Under the pieces are notes generated by a model. It did not search any database. It worked only from the letters and a program-made list of their open reading frames with translations, and was not told the DNA's origin. Positions 29,462-38,364 of a stretch of DNA of 64,000 nt are shown one piece after another; the stretch's first letter is position 1; each line of letters opens with the position of its first letter. The DNA is from an uncultured Desulfarculus sp. Lineage in GTDB: Bacteria > Desulfobacterota > Desulfarculia > Desulfarculales > Desulfarculaceae. Made by a program: the position numbers and the translations under genes. The DNA lies in assembly GCA_963665125.2 (NCBI GenBank), contig CAXXUK010000001.1:2336001-2400000 (forward strand), written 5' to 3'.

Positions 29462-29644
29462 ATGGCCGACCGGCAAAAATTATTGGACGAATTGAAGGCA
29501 TGCGAAAAGGAACTGGCCGAGGCCCAGGGGGCCATGCCCTACCACTCGGCAAGGCCTTGGCAATACGAACGACTGGAACAGGCCGAGGAAGCCGTTGCCC
29601 AGGCCAAGGCGCGCCTCTTGGAATTCGATAACAAGGAGGATTAA
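29462..29644 (+). CDS. Small helical-hairpin hypothetical protein (60 aa)
   Basis: AAGGAGG RBS; two charged helices around PYHSARPWQ. Confidence 0.75.
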   Translation: MADRQKLLDELKACEKELAEAQGAMPYHSARPWQYERLEQAEEAVAQAKARLLEFDNKED

Positions 29645-29650
29645 CGGCCC

Positions 29651-30907
29651 TTATTTTGGCGGCAGAGGCTTTAGGCCCATGCGCCGCCAAAACTCGGGCA
29701 GCGGCCCGCCATCATGCAGTGGCGCGGCCTGGGTCACCTCCAGGGTCTCGGCCGGTTGCAGGGGCCAGGTGTCGCTCTTGCGCCCGGCCAGGATGTTGGT
29801 GATGGTGTTGGCGTAGCACTTTCTGGCCGGTCTTCCCTGGATGTTGGACATGGTGTGCCACGTCTCGGCGATGGGCCGGTCGAATACCGCGCCAAATGAC
29901 ATCATCGTGAAGTCGCAGGGGCAGATGTTGCCCTGGGAATCGATGAACATGTAGTGATAGCCCGCCCCGCAGCCGTAGTAGTCCGGCCCCTCGAAAAAGT
30001 CGTAGGCAAAGACATTGGGTCTGCCCGGCGTGGCGGTGTGTCTGCGCTGTACGTCGAATATGGTCCGCACCTGTTCGGGCGTGAGCTTCTGGTCGGCCAG
30101 GCTGGTCAGGTTGCCGCTCAAAATGGGCGAGGTCAAACGCATGTCATTGACACCCTGTTCGCGGATGAAATCCAGGGTCTTCCACAGCTCTTCGGGCCGG
30201 CCCACCAAATTGCGGTCGGGCACGAAGGACACGGCCACGTAAAAGCCTTCTTCCCGGAACAGGCGGATGGCCTCCAGGGCGGTTTCAAACATGCCCTTGC
30301 GGCCCCGGCCCTTGTCGTGCACCTCGGCGGTGTAGTGGTCCAGGCTGATCACCGGGATCTTCAGGCCCGCGCTTTTTAGTTCGCGCACCCGCTCCCGGGT
30401 GAGTTGAAAGCCTGTGGTGAAGAAAATCGGCATGGAGCGCTCATCGATGCAGGCGATTATCTCCTCCAGGTCCTTGCGCAGCAGGGGTTCGCCGCCGGTC
30501 AGGCCGATGACGCTGGTGCCCATGTCCTGGATCTGGGCGATGGAGTCGCGCATGACATCCAGGGTCAGCTTGTCGCGTTTGTCGCGGTCGGCAAAGGAGC
30601 AGTGCCAGCAGTCGCAGCAGCACTTGGCCGTCACCGCGAAGTTGGTCACCACGGGCAGCGGCTCGCCCGAGGCTACGCGTTTAACCGCCGCCAGATAGCG
30701 GTCATAGGCCGTGGACGGATAATACGGCGTGAACGTGTTGGTGTAGTATTCATCGCCCAGTCGGGTGATTTTGCTGGCCTTGGATGCGTAATTCAGGGCC
30801 AGCTTCTGTTTGACACCAAGGCCCCGCAGTTCCGGATGACCGGCCATTTTCAGCGTAGCCGTCAGCCGCTTGAAACCATACAATTGTTCGCCGTTCATCA
30901 CCGCCAT
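29651..30907 (-). CDS. Radical SAM protein with SPASM/twitch-like C-terminus
   Basis: CxxxCxxC (CCCDCWHC), TGGEPLLR, CGAG..IDSQGNICPC. Confidence 0.9.
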   Translation of the reverse strand: MAVMNGEQLYGFKRLTATLKMAGHPELRGLGVKQKLALNYASKASKITRLGDEYYTNTFTPYYPSTAYDRYLAAVKRVASGEPLPVVTNFAVTAKCCCDCWHCSFADRDKRDKLTLDVMRDSIAQIQDMGTSVIGLTGGEPLLRKDLEEIIACIDERSMPIFFTTGFQLTRERVRELKSAGLKIPVISLDHYTAEVHDKGRGRKGMFETALEAIRLFREEGFYVAVSFVPDRNLVGRPEELWKTLDFIREQGVNDMRLTSPILSGNLTSLADQKLTPEQVRTIFDVQRRHTATPGRPNVFAYDFFEGPDYYGCGAGYHYMFIDSQGNICPCDFTMMSFGAVFDRPIAETWHTMSNIQGRPARKCYANTITNILAGRKSDTWPLQPAETLEVTQAAPLHDGGPLPEFWRRMGLKPLPPK

Positions 30908-31224
30908 ACTGCCTCCCAAATCACTGGATTAACACTGTTCATATTAGCTTATGGACAAGCAAAAACGCAACCAGGCGCCGTCACCGCTGTGGAATCATGC
31001 CCCCATTGACCAAAGGCGATAATTTTGATATCTTTAAAAAATAGGGTATTCATTTCAAACACATATCATAAAAGCAATCGCCTTTCCGCTGGGGGGAAAC
31101 AATACCGGTTTGCTAGTGCATCTGTTCATCAGGGGAATCCTTTAGTCCGCTACAGAGGGCAATTGATTTGGCATGGTGCTGAAAGCGTAAAAGCGGCCCG
31201 CGCCGCCGGGCCGTTGATTCACTC

Positions 31225-31363
31225 CAGCGAAACACTGCCTTGCCGGCGGCTCAGCGGCAGACCACCAATTTACAGTCTCTTAAAGGCAAGCGAATTTAGT
31301 TGCTTGTCATAACCATGCTTTTGCCGAGAAACCGTTGGAAATGGCCAGAACGGACTGTTTCAA
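31225..31363 (-). repeat. Decayed copy of the four-hairpin intergenic element at 41924-42075
   Basis: Reverse complement from 31363 matches 41924 onward at 60/77 positions without gaps (hand count), with weaker similarity continuing to ~31225. Confidence 0.85.
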
Positions 31364-31401
31364 CGAAAAGATAAGTTCAAACCGAACAAGGAGGCGTTTC
31401 C

Positions 31402-32268
31402 ATGCAGGAAAACCAGGCCAGCCGTACGGCTCAACGGGTAGCCGTCCATAGAGCCGCCCATCAGTTGCTGGACGATCCCAAGGTCTTTGACGATCCCCTG
31501 GCCCTGGCCGTCCTGGGGCCGGAAACCGCCGCCTCGCTGGAGGCCGACCCCCGCCAGACCGAGACCTCCCCCATCTCGCCGTTTTTACGGGCCTTCACGG
31601 CCGCCAGGGCCCGTTACGCCGAAGACCAGCTGGCCATAGCCGTGGAGCGCGGCGTGGCCCAGTACGTTATCCTGGGGGCGGGCCTGGACACATTTGCCTT
31701 TCGCAGCCCCTATGAGCCGGGCGCGCTCAGGGTGTTCGAGGTGGACCACCCGGCCACCCAGGCCTGGAAACGGGAGCGCCTGAGCCAGGCGAATATCACG
31801 CCACCGGCGAATTTGACCTTCGCGCCGGTGGATTTTCACGTCCAGTCCCTGGCCGAAGGCCTGGACGCGGCGGGCCACGACCCGAGCAGTCCCACCTTTT
31901 TCGCCTGGCTGGGGGTCACGCCGTATCTGACCCCCGAGGCCGTCCGCCAAACCCTGGAGCACATCGCGGCTTACCCCCGTGGCAGCGGGCTGGTCTTTGA
32001 CTACGCCCTGTCGCCCGAGCTGTTGGACGACCGGGGCCGGATGGTCTTTGGGATTCTGTCTGGATGGTCCAGGGACAACGGCGAGCCGTGGCTGTCCACC
32101 TATGACCCGGCCGTTCTGGGTCCAGAACTCAAGGAACTTGGCTACGGCTGGGTGGAGGACCTGGGCCAGGCCGAAATAAACGCCCGCTATTTCGCCGGGC
32201 GCGCCGACGGCTTGGGCGTGGGAACCCTGTACCGTTTGGTGTCGGCCACGATGGGCTCCCGTTCCTAG
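31402..32268 (+). CDS. SAM-dependent methyltransferase (LCM/TcmP family)
   Basis: QYVILGAGLDTFAFR, VFEVDHPATQAWK, WLGVTPYL. Confidence 0.92.
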   Translation: MQENQASRTAQRVAVHRAAHQLLDDPKVFDDPLALAVLGPETAASLEADPRQTETSPISPFLRAFTAARARYAEDQLAIAVERGVAQYVILGAGLDTFAFRSPYEPGALRVFEVDHPATQAWKRERLSQANITPPANLTFAPVDFHVQSLAEGLDAAGHDPSSPTFFAWLGVTPYLTPEAVRQTLEHIAAYPRGSGLVFDYALSPELLDDRGRMVFGILSGWSRDNGEPWLSTYDPAVLGPELKELGYGWVEDLGQAEINARYFAGRADGLGVGTLYRLVSATMGSRS

Positions 32269-32320
32269 CATGGATATACGATGGGCTCCCGGCCCTGCGC
32301 GCCGGGAGCCCGCCCCCCAA

Positions 32321-34441
32321 CTATTCCAGTACGATAAGGGCGTCGACCACCTTTGGTTTGCCGTCCACGAACAGGATCGGGTTGAGGTCCATCTCGGCGA
32401 TTTCCGGATGCAACAGGGCGATATCGCCGACCTTGGCCAGAAGGTCGCCCAGGGCATCCAGATCCACCGGCGGCAGTCCCCGGAATCCGTTGAGAATGCT
32501 GCTGCTTTTGAGGCTCTTGACCATGGCCTTGGCCTCGCCGCCGGCCAGCGGGGCCAGACGTATGGCCGTGTCTTTGATGGCCTCGGCATACACGCCGCCC
32601 AGTCCGCAGAGCACCAGGGGCGGGAAGGTGGGGAAACGGGTCATGCCGGCGATGATTTCCCGCTGGGCAGGCAGCATTTCGGCCACCAACAGCGGAATAC
32701 TTGGCACGGCCTGGTCGATGGCCTTGCAGGCGGCAACCACCTCGTCGTCGTTCTTCAGGTTCAGGTGCACGATGCCCAGTTCGGTCTTGTGCTGGGCCTG
32801 GGCCGAGCATCCCTTCACGGCCACCGGGTAGCCGATCTCATTGGCCGCGGCCACGGCCTGATCCACGCCGCTGGCCAGGATTTCCCGGCTGGTCTCTATA
32901 CCATAGGCCCGCAGCACGCTCTTGGCCTGGTATTCATCCAGGGCGCCGGAGGACAATAGCCCGGCGGCCTCGGCGTTCTTGGGCGGCAGCTGGGCGGCCT
33001 TTTCGTTTTGCCGCTCCATGATCCGCCGGGCCTTGTAGGCCAGGCCCATGACCCTGGCCGCCCTTTCCGGCGAATCGAACACCGGAATCTGGGCGTCCTG
33101 CAGTTCCACGTTGCAGTGGTCGGTGCGGTCGAAAAACGACGTCGCCAATAGCGGTTTGCCGTATTTGGCGGGCATCTGCTTCAACTGCGTCAGATCGGCC
33201 GTCATCATGGCCTGGAGGTCCTCCAGGGGCACGTTCATGAATTTACTGAATACCTTGTGGGCCATGGCGGCCCAGGCTGTGTCCATGATCCCGTGCAGCA
33301 GCAGTCCGTCGATGCCGTCGTCTTCCAGCAGGATGCGAGGCAGGGCTTCGGTGATTTTGGTCATGTCGGTGTGGAAGGTCAGATCCACCGGATTGCCCAC
33401 CGCGGCGTGGGCCGGCATGATCTCACGCAGTTTGGCCTGGATGCTGTCCGACAGCGGCGGCATGTCCATGCCCATGCGCTCCAGGGTGGTGGCCATGCCC
33501 GAGCCGGGTCCGCCGGAGTTGGTCAACACGGCGATGCGCCTGCCCCTGGGCAGCGGCTGGTGGGCCATGGCGTCACCGGCCCGGTAGACCTCTTCAATGG
33601 AATCGACCCTGATCACGCCCGCCTGCTCGAACAGGCCGTCGTAGATATAATCAGGCCCGGCCATTGCCCCGGTATGGCTGGAGCCGCTGCGGGCGCCGAA
33701 TTCATTGCCGCCGATATACTGGGCCACGATGGGTTTGGTCTTGGTGATTTCCCTGGCCAGCTCCAGAAATTCCTTGGGACGGCGAATGCACTCGATATAC
33801 AGGCCGATGGACTTGGTGTCCGGGTCCTGGCCCAGGTATTCCAGACAATCCACCAGGTCGATGCTGGCCTCGTTGCCCACGCTGATGCCCTTGGAAATGC
33901 GGATCCCCCGCTGGCCAAGGTAATAGTTGGTCTGGGTGATGTATGTGCCGCTCTGGCTGGCCAGGGAAAAATAGCCGGGAGGCGTGGCCAGGGGCGAAAC
34001 GGCCATATTCAGCGGCATGTGGGCGTTGACCGCGCCCATGCAGTTGGGGCCGATAAAGCGCATGCCGTATTCATTGGCCGTATCCACCAGGGATTTTTCC
34101 AGGGCCTGGCCGTCCTCGCCGACCTCCTTGAAGCCGGCCGTGACGATCAAGGCGTGCCTGGTGCCGATCTCGCAAAGGTCCTTGATCATGCCCGGCACCA
34201 GTTTGGTGGGCACCACCAACAGGGCCATGTCCGGGGCATAGGGCAGGTCCTTGATATCGGCGTAGGCCTTTTTGCCGAACACCTCTTTTTCCTTGGGGTG
34301 CACCGGCAGGACCTCGCCGGGAAACCCGCTGTGCAGGATGTTCAGGTACTGGATCGTGCCCATTTTTTGAGGGTTGTTGCTGGCTCCCAAAACGGCGATG
34401 GATTTGGGTTCGAGGATGGTCTTCAGGGGATTTTCGCTCAT
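32321..34441 (-). CDS. ADP-forming acyl-CoA synthetase (fused alpha/beta)
   Basis: IAVLGAS, GPNCMG, SQSG, SSHTGAMAG phospho-His, NPVD, HKTELG, EMDLNP. Confidence 0.92.
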   Translation of the reverse strand: MSENPLKTILEPKSIAVLGASNNPQKMGTIQYLNILHSGFPGEVLPVHPKEKEVFGKKAYADIKDLPYAPDMALLVVPTKLVPGMIKDLCEIGTRHALIVTAGFKEVGEDGQALEKSLVDTANEYGMRFIGPNCMGAVNAHMPLNMAVSPLATPPGYFSLASQSGTYITQTNYYLGQRGIRISKGISVGNEASIDLVDCLEYLGQDPDTKSIGLYIECIRRPKEFLELAREITKTKPIVAQYIGGNEFGARSGSSHTGAMAGPDYIYDGLFEQAGVIRVDSIEEVYRAGDAMAHQPLPRGRRIAVLTNSGGPGSGMATTLERMGMDMPPLSDSIQAKLREIMPAHAAVGNPVDLTFHTDMTKITEALPRILLEDDGIDGLLLHGIMDTAWAAMAHKVFSKFMNVPLEDLQAMMTADLTQLKQMPAKYGKPLLATSFFDRTDHCNVELQDAQIPVFDSPERAARVMGLAYKARRIMERQNEKAAQLPPKNAEAAGLLSSGALDEYQAKSVLRAYGIETSREILASGVDQAVAAANEIGYPVAVKGCSAQAQHKTELGIVHLNLKNDDEVVAACKAIDQAVPSIPLLVAEMLPAQREIIAGMTRFPTFPPLVLCGLGGVYAEAIKDTAIRLAPLAGGEAKAMVKSLKSSSILNGFRGLPPVDLDALGDLLAKVGDIALLHPEIAEMDLNPILFVDGKPKVVDALIVLE

Positions 34442-34768
34442 TGTAGGCTTACCTTCGCATTCGTTCGGCGTTAATAGCTGCCCACGGGGGTCAACTTTTC
34501 CGTAAACGTAAAACTCATTGCTGATGTCGCAAATTGCGATGAACTATAGAATAGTACTCCAACTAAACTAAGTTCAGCAACGGCAAAGGTATTATATTTT
34601 ATGAATTTCCGACCGCGGCTTTAATTTGGCGGCCAAGCCGATACAAAGCAAAGGATTCTGTCCGGGACGGGTTGCCGAAAAAAAGGGCCATACCACCCCC
34701 TGACCCCAACGGGCCTTGTTTTTTACGGCGGTGAGATACCGCCGCGCCCTTTAAACCGCGCCGGAACC

Positions 34769-34969
34769 TCAGGACGCCTGGGCCATCTCCGTGAGGCAAT
34801 CTTCCCGGAACAGGCAGTCCTCCTGGCCGCAGCCGGGAATGTTGCCGAAGCAGGGATCGTGGCCCTCGGCAGTCTGAATTTCGCGAATCAAATCTATTTT
34901 ACGCAGTTTATTGAAATTTTTCAGACCCAAGGTGGTGGCCATAACGCGAAGTTGCTTTACTGTAGCCAT
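34769..34969 (-). CDS. Small SAP/Rho-N-like protein with four-Cys C-terminus
   Basis: LRVMA..LGL...K.DLIREIQ..EG..PCF..C.QEDCLFREDC; GGAGA RBS. Confidence 0.8.
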   Translation of the reverse strand: MATVKQLRVMATTLGLKNFNKLRKIDLIREIQTAEGHDPCFGNIPGCGQEDCLFREDCLTEMAQAS

Positions 34970-34996
34970 AGTATATCTCCGATACCAATCAACAGC

Positions 34997-36790
34997 CTAA
35001 TCACAATCAGGGCCCACGCGAGGTCGGCAGACCCGGCATACGCCGTTTTCAGGAAGCCTGGATGGGTGTTCCCTACCGGCCAGGCCTATTTCCATAACCT
35101 GGCTGCCCCGGCAGCCGTTGCGGAACACCGTGACCCCCTTGAGGCCCAAACCATGGGCCTCCATCAATATACTTCGTACCATATCCTCGCCGGCATTGCC
35201 CGGCAGATTCAGGGTTTTACTCACCCCGTTGTCCACGTGCCGCTGGAAAGCCGCCTGCATGGCCAGGTGGGCCCGGGGGGCTATCTCGTGGGCCGTGGCG
35301 AACAGTTTGGCGGTGGGCTCGGGCACGCCCTGGAGCGCGGCCGTGGAGCCCGTTCTAAGCAGCAGGTCACGGTTTTGCCACGTATAGAGACCCAATTGGG
35401 ACAACCGGGCCTCCAGCCGGGGATGAATAAAATCAAGATAGTCGCCGTCAAGAATCCGGCGGCGGTAGGCCAGGGCGAAAAACGGCTCTATTCCGGCCGA
35501 GCAGCCCATCAGCAGCGAAAGCGTGCCCGTGGGAGCCACCGTGGTCACGGTGGCGTTGCGCATGTGTTTTTCGCCTTGGGCCTTGAGGGTGCTTTGGCCA
35601 AAGGCCCCGAAGCTGCCCCTGGCCCGGCCCAGGGAGCGGCTCTCGGCCCTGGCGGCTTCGTGGATGCGCCGCATTATCTCCGCGCCCAGGTCCCTGGCCT
35701 CTTCCGAATCATAACTCAGGCCCAGGTCCACCAGGGCGTCCGCCAGGCCCATCACCCCCAGGCCAATTTTGCGGGTAAGGCGGGTGGCCTTGGCCACCTG
35801 TTCCAGAGGGAAACGGTTGACGTCTATTACATCATCCAGAAATTGGGTGGCCAGTATCGCGGCGTCTTCCAGGGCGCTCCAGTCCATGGCGCCGCTACGC
35901 ACAAAGGCGGGCAGAACCAGGGAGCCGAGATTGCACGACTCATAGGGCAGCAGGGGTTGCTCCCCGCAGGGGTTGGTGGCCCGAATCATGCCCAGGGCGG
36001 GCGTCACGTTGGCCCGGTTGATGGCTCCGGAAAACAGCATTCCCGGTTCGCCGGATGCATGGGCCGCCTTGACGATTTTTTCGAAGAGGCAAGCCGTATC
36101 GACCCGCCGCGCCACCTGGGCCGTGCGCGGGTTGATCAGGGGCCAATCACGGCCCTGTTTAAGGGCCTCCATGAATTCATCGGGCGCCATGACCGACAAG
36201 TTGAAATTTTCCAAGACGCCGGGCCCGGACTTGGCCTGCATGAACTTTTCGATATCCGGATGAGACACGTCCAACACGGCCATGTTGGCGCCGCGCCGGG
36301 CCCCGCCCTGTTTTACCGCCTCGGTGGCAACGTCATAGACACCCATGAAGCTCAAGGGGCCTGAGCTGACGCCGGAAGTCGAGCCCACGATATCGCCCTC
36401 GGGCCGCAGGCCGGAAAAATCAAACCCCGTGCCCCCGCCCGATTTGTGGATCAGCGCCGCGTCCCGCAGAGAACCAAAGATGGATTCCATGGAGTCTTCG
36501 ATGGGTATGACAAAGCAGGCCGAAAGCTGGCCCAGACGGCGGCCGGCGTTCATCAGGGTGGGCGAGTTGGGCAAAAACAGCCCCTCGGCCATGAGCCGGT
36601 GGAACTTTTTGGCCTGGGCCTTGGCGCCGACGGCGCCGCCCCAAGGCTCCTCGGCCTGGGCCACCGCCCTGGCCACGCGCATGAGCATGGCTTCGGGCCG
36701 TTCCGGCGAGCCGCCGGAGTCCTTGGCCAGGTAGCGCTTCTCGAGGATCAACTCTGAACCGGGCGCAAATGGTTTGAGTTCCTCATTCAT
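34997..36790 (-). CDS. nrdJ: Adenosylcobalamin-dependent (class II) ribonucleotide reductase, short form
   Basis: PNSPTLMNAG, LSACF, GGGTG, RRGANM, TNPCGEQPL, SCNLGS, APTGT. Confidence 0.93.
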   Translation of the reverse strand: MNEELKPFAPGSELILEKRYLAKDSGGSPERPEAMLMRVARAVAQAEEPWGGAVGAKAQAKKFHRLMAEGLFLPNSPTLMNAGRRLGQLSACFVIPIEDSMESIFGSLRDAALIHKSGGGTGFDFSGLRPEGDIVGSTSGVSSGPLSFMGVYDVATEAVKQGGARRGANMAVLDVSHPDIEKFMQAKSGPGVLENFNLSVMAPDEFMEALKQGRDWPLINPRTAQVARRVDTACLFEKIVKAAHASGEPGMLFSGAINRANVTPALGMIRATNPCGEQPLLPYESCNLGSLVLPAFVRSGAMDWSALEDAAILATQFLDDVIDVNRFPLEQVAKATRLTRKIGLGVMGLADALVDLGLSYDSEEARDLGAEIMRRIHEAARAESRSLGRARGSFGAFGQSTLKAQGEKHMRNATVTTVAPTGTLSLLMGCSAGIEPFFALAYRRRILDGDYLDFIHPRLEARLSQLGLYTWQNRDLLLRTGSTAALQGVPEPTAKLFATAHEIAPRAHLAMQAAFQRHVDNGVSKTLNLPGNAGEDMVRSILMEAHGLGLKGVTVFRNGCRGSQVMEIGLAGREHPSRLPENGVCRVCRPRVGPDCD

Positions 36791-36976
36791 GTCCCTAGCA
36801 TATGACTAATCGCCGGCTGTTAATACACTAATCAGCGCCTTTTTTGTCAAAATTTGCCCACCTGCTGAACGCTATTGCCGCTCCCAGCGACGGAACTTTG
36901 GGCATTTCTTACCGCCGTAAAATACTTACCTCAAATTTGTCTTTGAATATAAAGCAGTTGCATAAAATTACGCAGT

Positions 36977-36992
36977 TGGCACCGCCCTTGCT
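36977..36992 (+). promoter_or_regulatory. sigma54 (-24/-12) promoter
   Basis: TGGCAC-cgccc-TTGCT preceded by an AT-rich tract. Confidence 0.8.
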
Positions 36993-37029
36993 AAGTTCAT
37001 GGGCAGCAAAAGAATTTACGGAGCGCGAG

Positions 37030-37206
37030 ATGAAAGACCAAACCGTACAAGTGCAGAATTTCGAGCCGGAGCTGTATTGCCTGCGTTGCGAGCTGATGGA
37101 GTGGGACGATCAGGCCCGGCGCTGCCAAAACTTTGACGGACCGCGTTGTCCTTTGTTTATCCGGTCGTTGCTGGCCGACATCGAAGTGAGTTGTGTTGTC
37201 GTTTAG
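37030..37206 (+). CDS. Small Cys-rich hypothetical protein (58 aa)
   Basis: GGAG RBS; CLRC..C..C..C; lies just behind the sigma54 promoter. Confidence 0.6.
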   Translation: MKDQTVQVQNFEPELYCLRCELMEWDDQARRCQNFDGPRCPLFIRSLLADIEVSCVVV

Positions 37207-37226
37207 CGACAAGCATGGAGGTAATC

Positions 37227-37367
37227 ATGAGTGATCTGCAAACCACCATTACTATTTTGGCTCTGGCCGGCCTGGCCGCCAGCGTTGCCATCGAGTTGCT
37301 CAAGACGCGCAAGGAAAACCGGCGCTGGAAGGAACACATGCGCCGCCTGAGCGAGGAGATCGCCTAG
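37227..37367 (+). CDS. Small single-pass membrane protein (46 aa)
   Basis: GGAGG RBS; hydrophobic N-terminus followed by a basic helical tail. Confidence 0.65.
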   Translation: MSDLQTTITILALAGLAASVAIELLKTRKENRRWKEHMRRLSEEIA

Positions 37368-37368
37368 G

Positions 37369-37749
37369 CTAGCTTGTCAGCTTGTCGACCAGGGCCAGGG
37401 TCCGGGCCTGGATTCCCCTGAGTTCGCGGACCTGGTCCTCCAAGGCTGCCATGCGCCGTTCCAGTTCGGCCACCTTGTCGGCCCCACCCACGGGCGCTTG
37501 GCCTCCGGCCAGGCTCTGACGGGTCTGCCTGACGCTGAGCCCCTTATCCTTGAGCAGAACACGAATCTCTTTGAGCCTTTTGATGGCCTCGTCATCAAAC
37601 AAGCGCCTGCGTCCGGCGCCTCTTTCAAGGGCCAGGAATTCCTCAAACTGCTGGTCATAGTATCTGATCGTGCTGGCGGCTATACCGGTCTTTTGGGAAA
37701 CCTGCGCGACCGTGTAAAGTCCTTGTCCGGGGTCTTTGTCGTTGGCCAT
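37369..37749 (-). CDS. MerR-family HTH protein
   Basis: YTVAQVSQKTGIAASTIRYY..RGAGRRRLF; C-terminal coiled coil. Confidence 0.85.
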   Translation of the reverse strand: MANDKDPGQGLYTVAQVSQKTGIAASTIRYYDQQFEEFLALERGAGRRRLFDDEAIKRLKEIRVLLKDKGLSVRQTRQSLAGGQAPVGGADKVAELERRMAALEDQVRELRGIQARTLALVDKLTS

Positions 37750-37839
37750 CTGCCTTAGCCTCCATAACTTGGTTAACTTATTGTATATCACGCCGCTGAA
37801 CCGTGGGACAAGCTTCCGGGCATGTGCTATATTCCCAGC

Positions 37840-38364
37840 ATGTCGAATTTGTCTTCAAATACGCCCTTGAAAATGGCGCGCTGGGAGATTTGGATCGTTG
37901 CCGTTTTGGCCCTGGCGCTGACCGCCTTGGCCGTGCACGGCAAGCAAAAGCATTGCGCCGAGGGCTACGAACAGTTCATCAAAAATGCCGAAGTCATCGA
38001 AGAAGCCCTGACGAAATATGCTGATGAAAACGGCGGTTATCCTTCAGACGCCTGCGCCTACGGCCGCCCGCCGGGGCTCAACACCCGCTACATGCGCTGG
38101 AAGCGCGAATGGAATATCGACTACGAGGTCCGCGACAATATGCACGGCGGAATCTTTGTCTGCCTGGAATATTGCGGGCCCGAGGGAGCCGTCCGCTATC
38201 GCGGCTTGTGCAATGTGCCGGAATACAGAAAAGCGTACCCCAAGGGCCAACCGATACCCGGCGAGATCAACCGTATCTGGGTGATCAGGGAATCGGCCAA
38301 GGTCCTGCCCTGCCCCACCCCGCCGCCCGGCAAACCGGACCATGGACGCCGCCAGGCTCAATAA
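37840..38364 (+). CDS. Hypothetical membrane-anchored protein, pseudopilin-like
   Basis: N-terminal TM helix followed by IEEALTKYADENGGYP; start uncertain. Confidence 0.6.
   Translation: MSNLSSNTPLKMARWEIWIVAVLALALTALAVHGKQKHCAEGYEQFIKNAEVIEEALTKYADENGGYPSDACAYGRPPGLNTRYMRWKREWNIDYEVRDNMHGGIFVCLEYCGPEGAVRYRGLCNVPEYRKAYPKGQPIPGEINRIWVIRESAKVLPCPTPPPGKPDHGRRQAQ

Noticed and set aside
31025..31312. 95-aa plus-strand ORF
   Set aside because: No RBS, atypical composition, and it overlaps the decayed repeat copy.
34560..34760. Possible c-di-GMP-I riboswitch (GCAAAG..GGGTTGCCGAA)
   Set aside because: The P2 GNRA/receptor architecture could not be built, and no gene lies directly downstream in that orientation.
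36791..36900. NrdR box or B12 riboswitch upstream of nrdJ
   Set aside because: No convincing match to either consensus.
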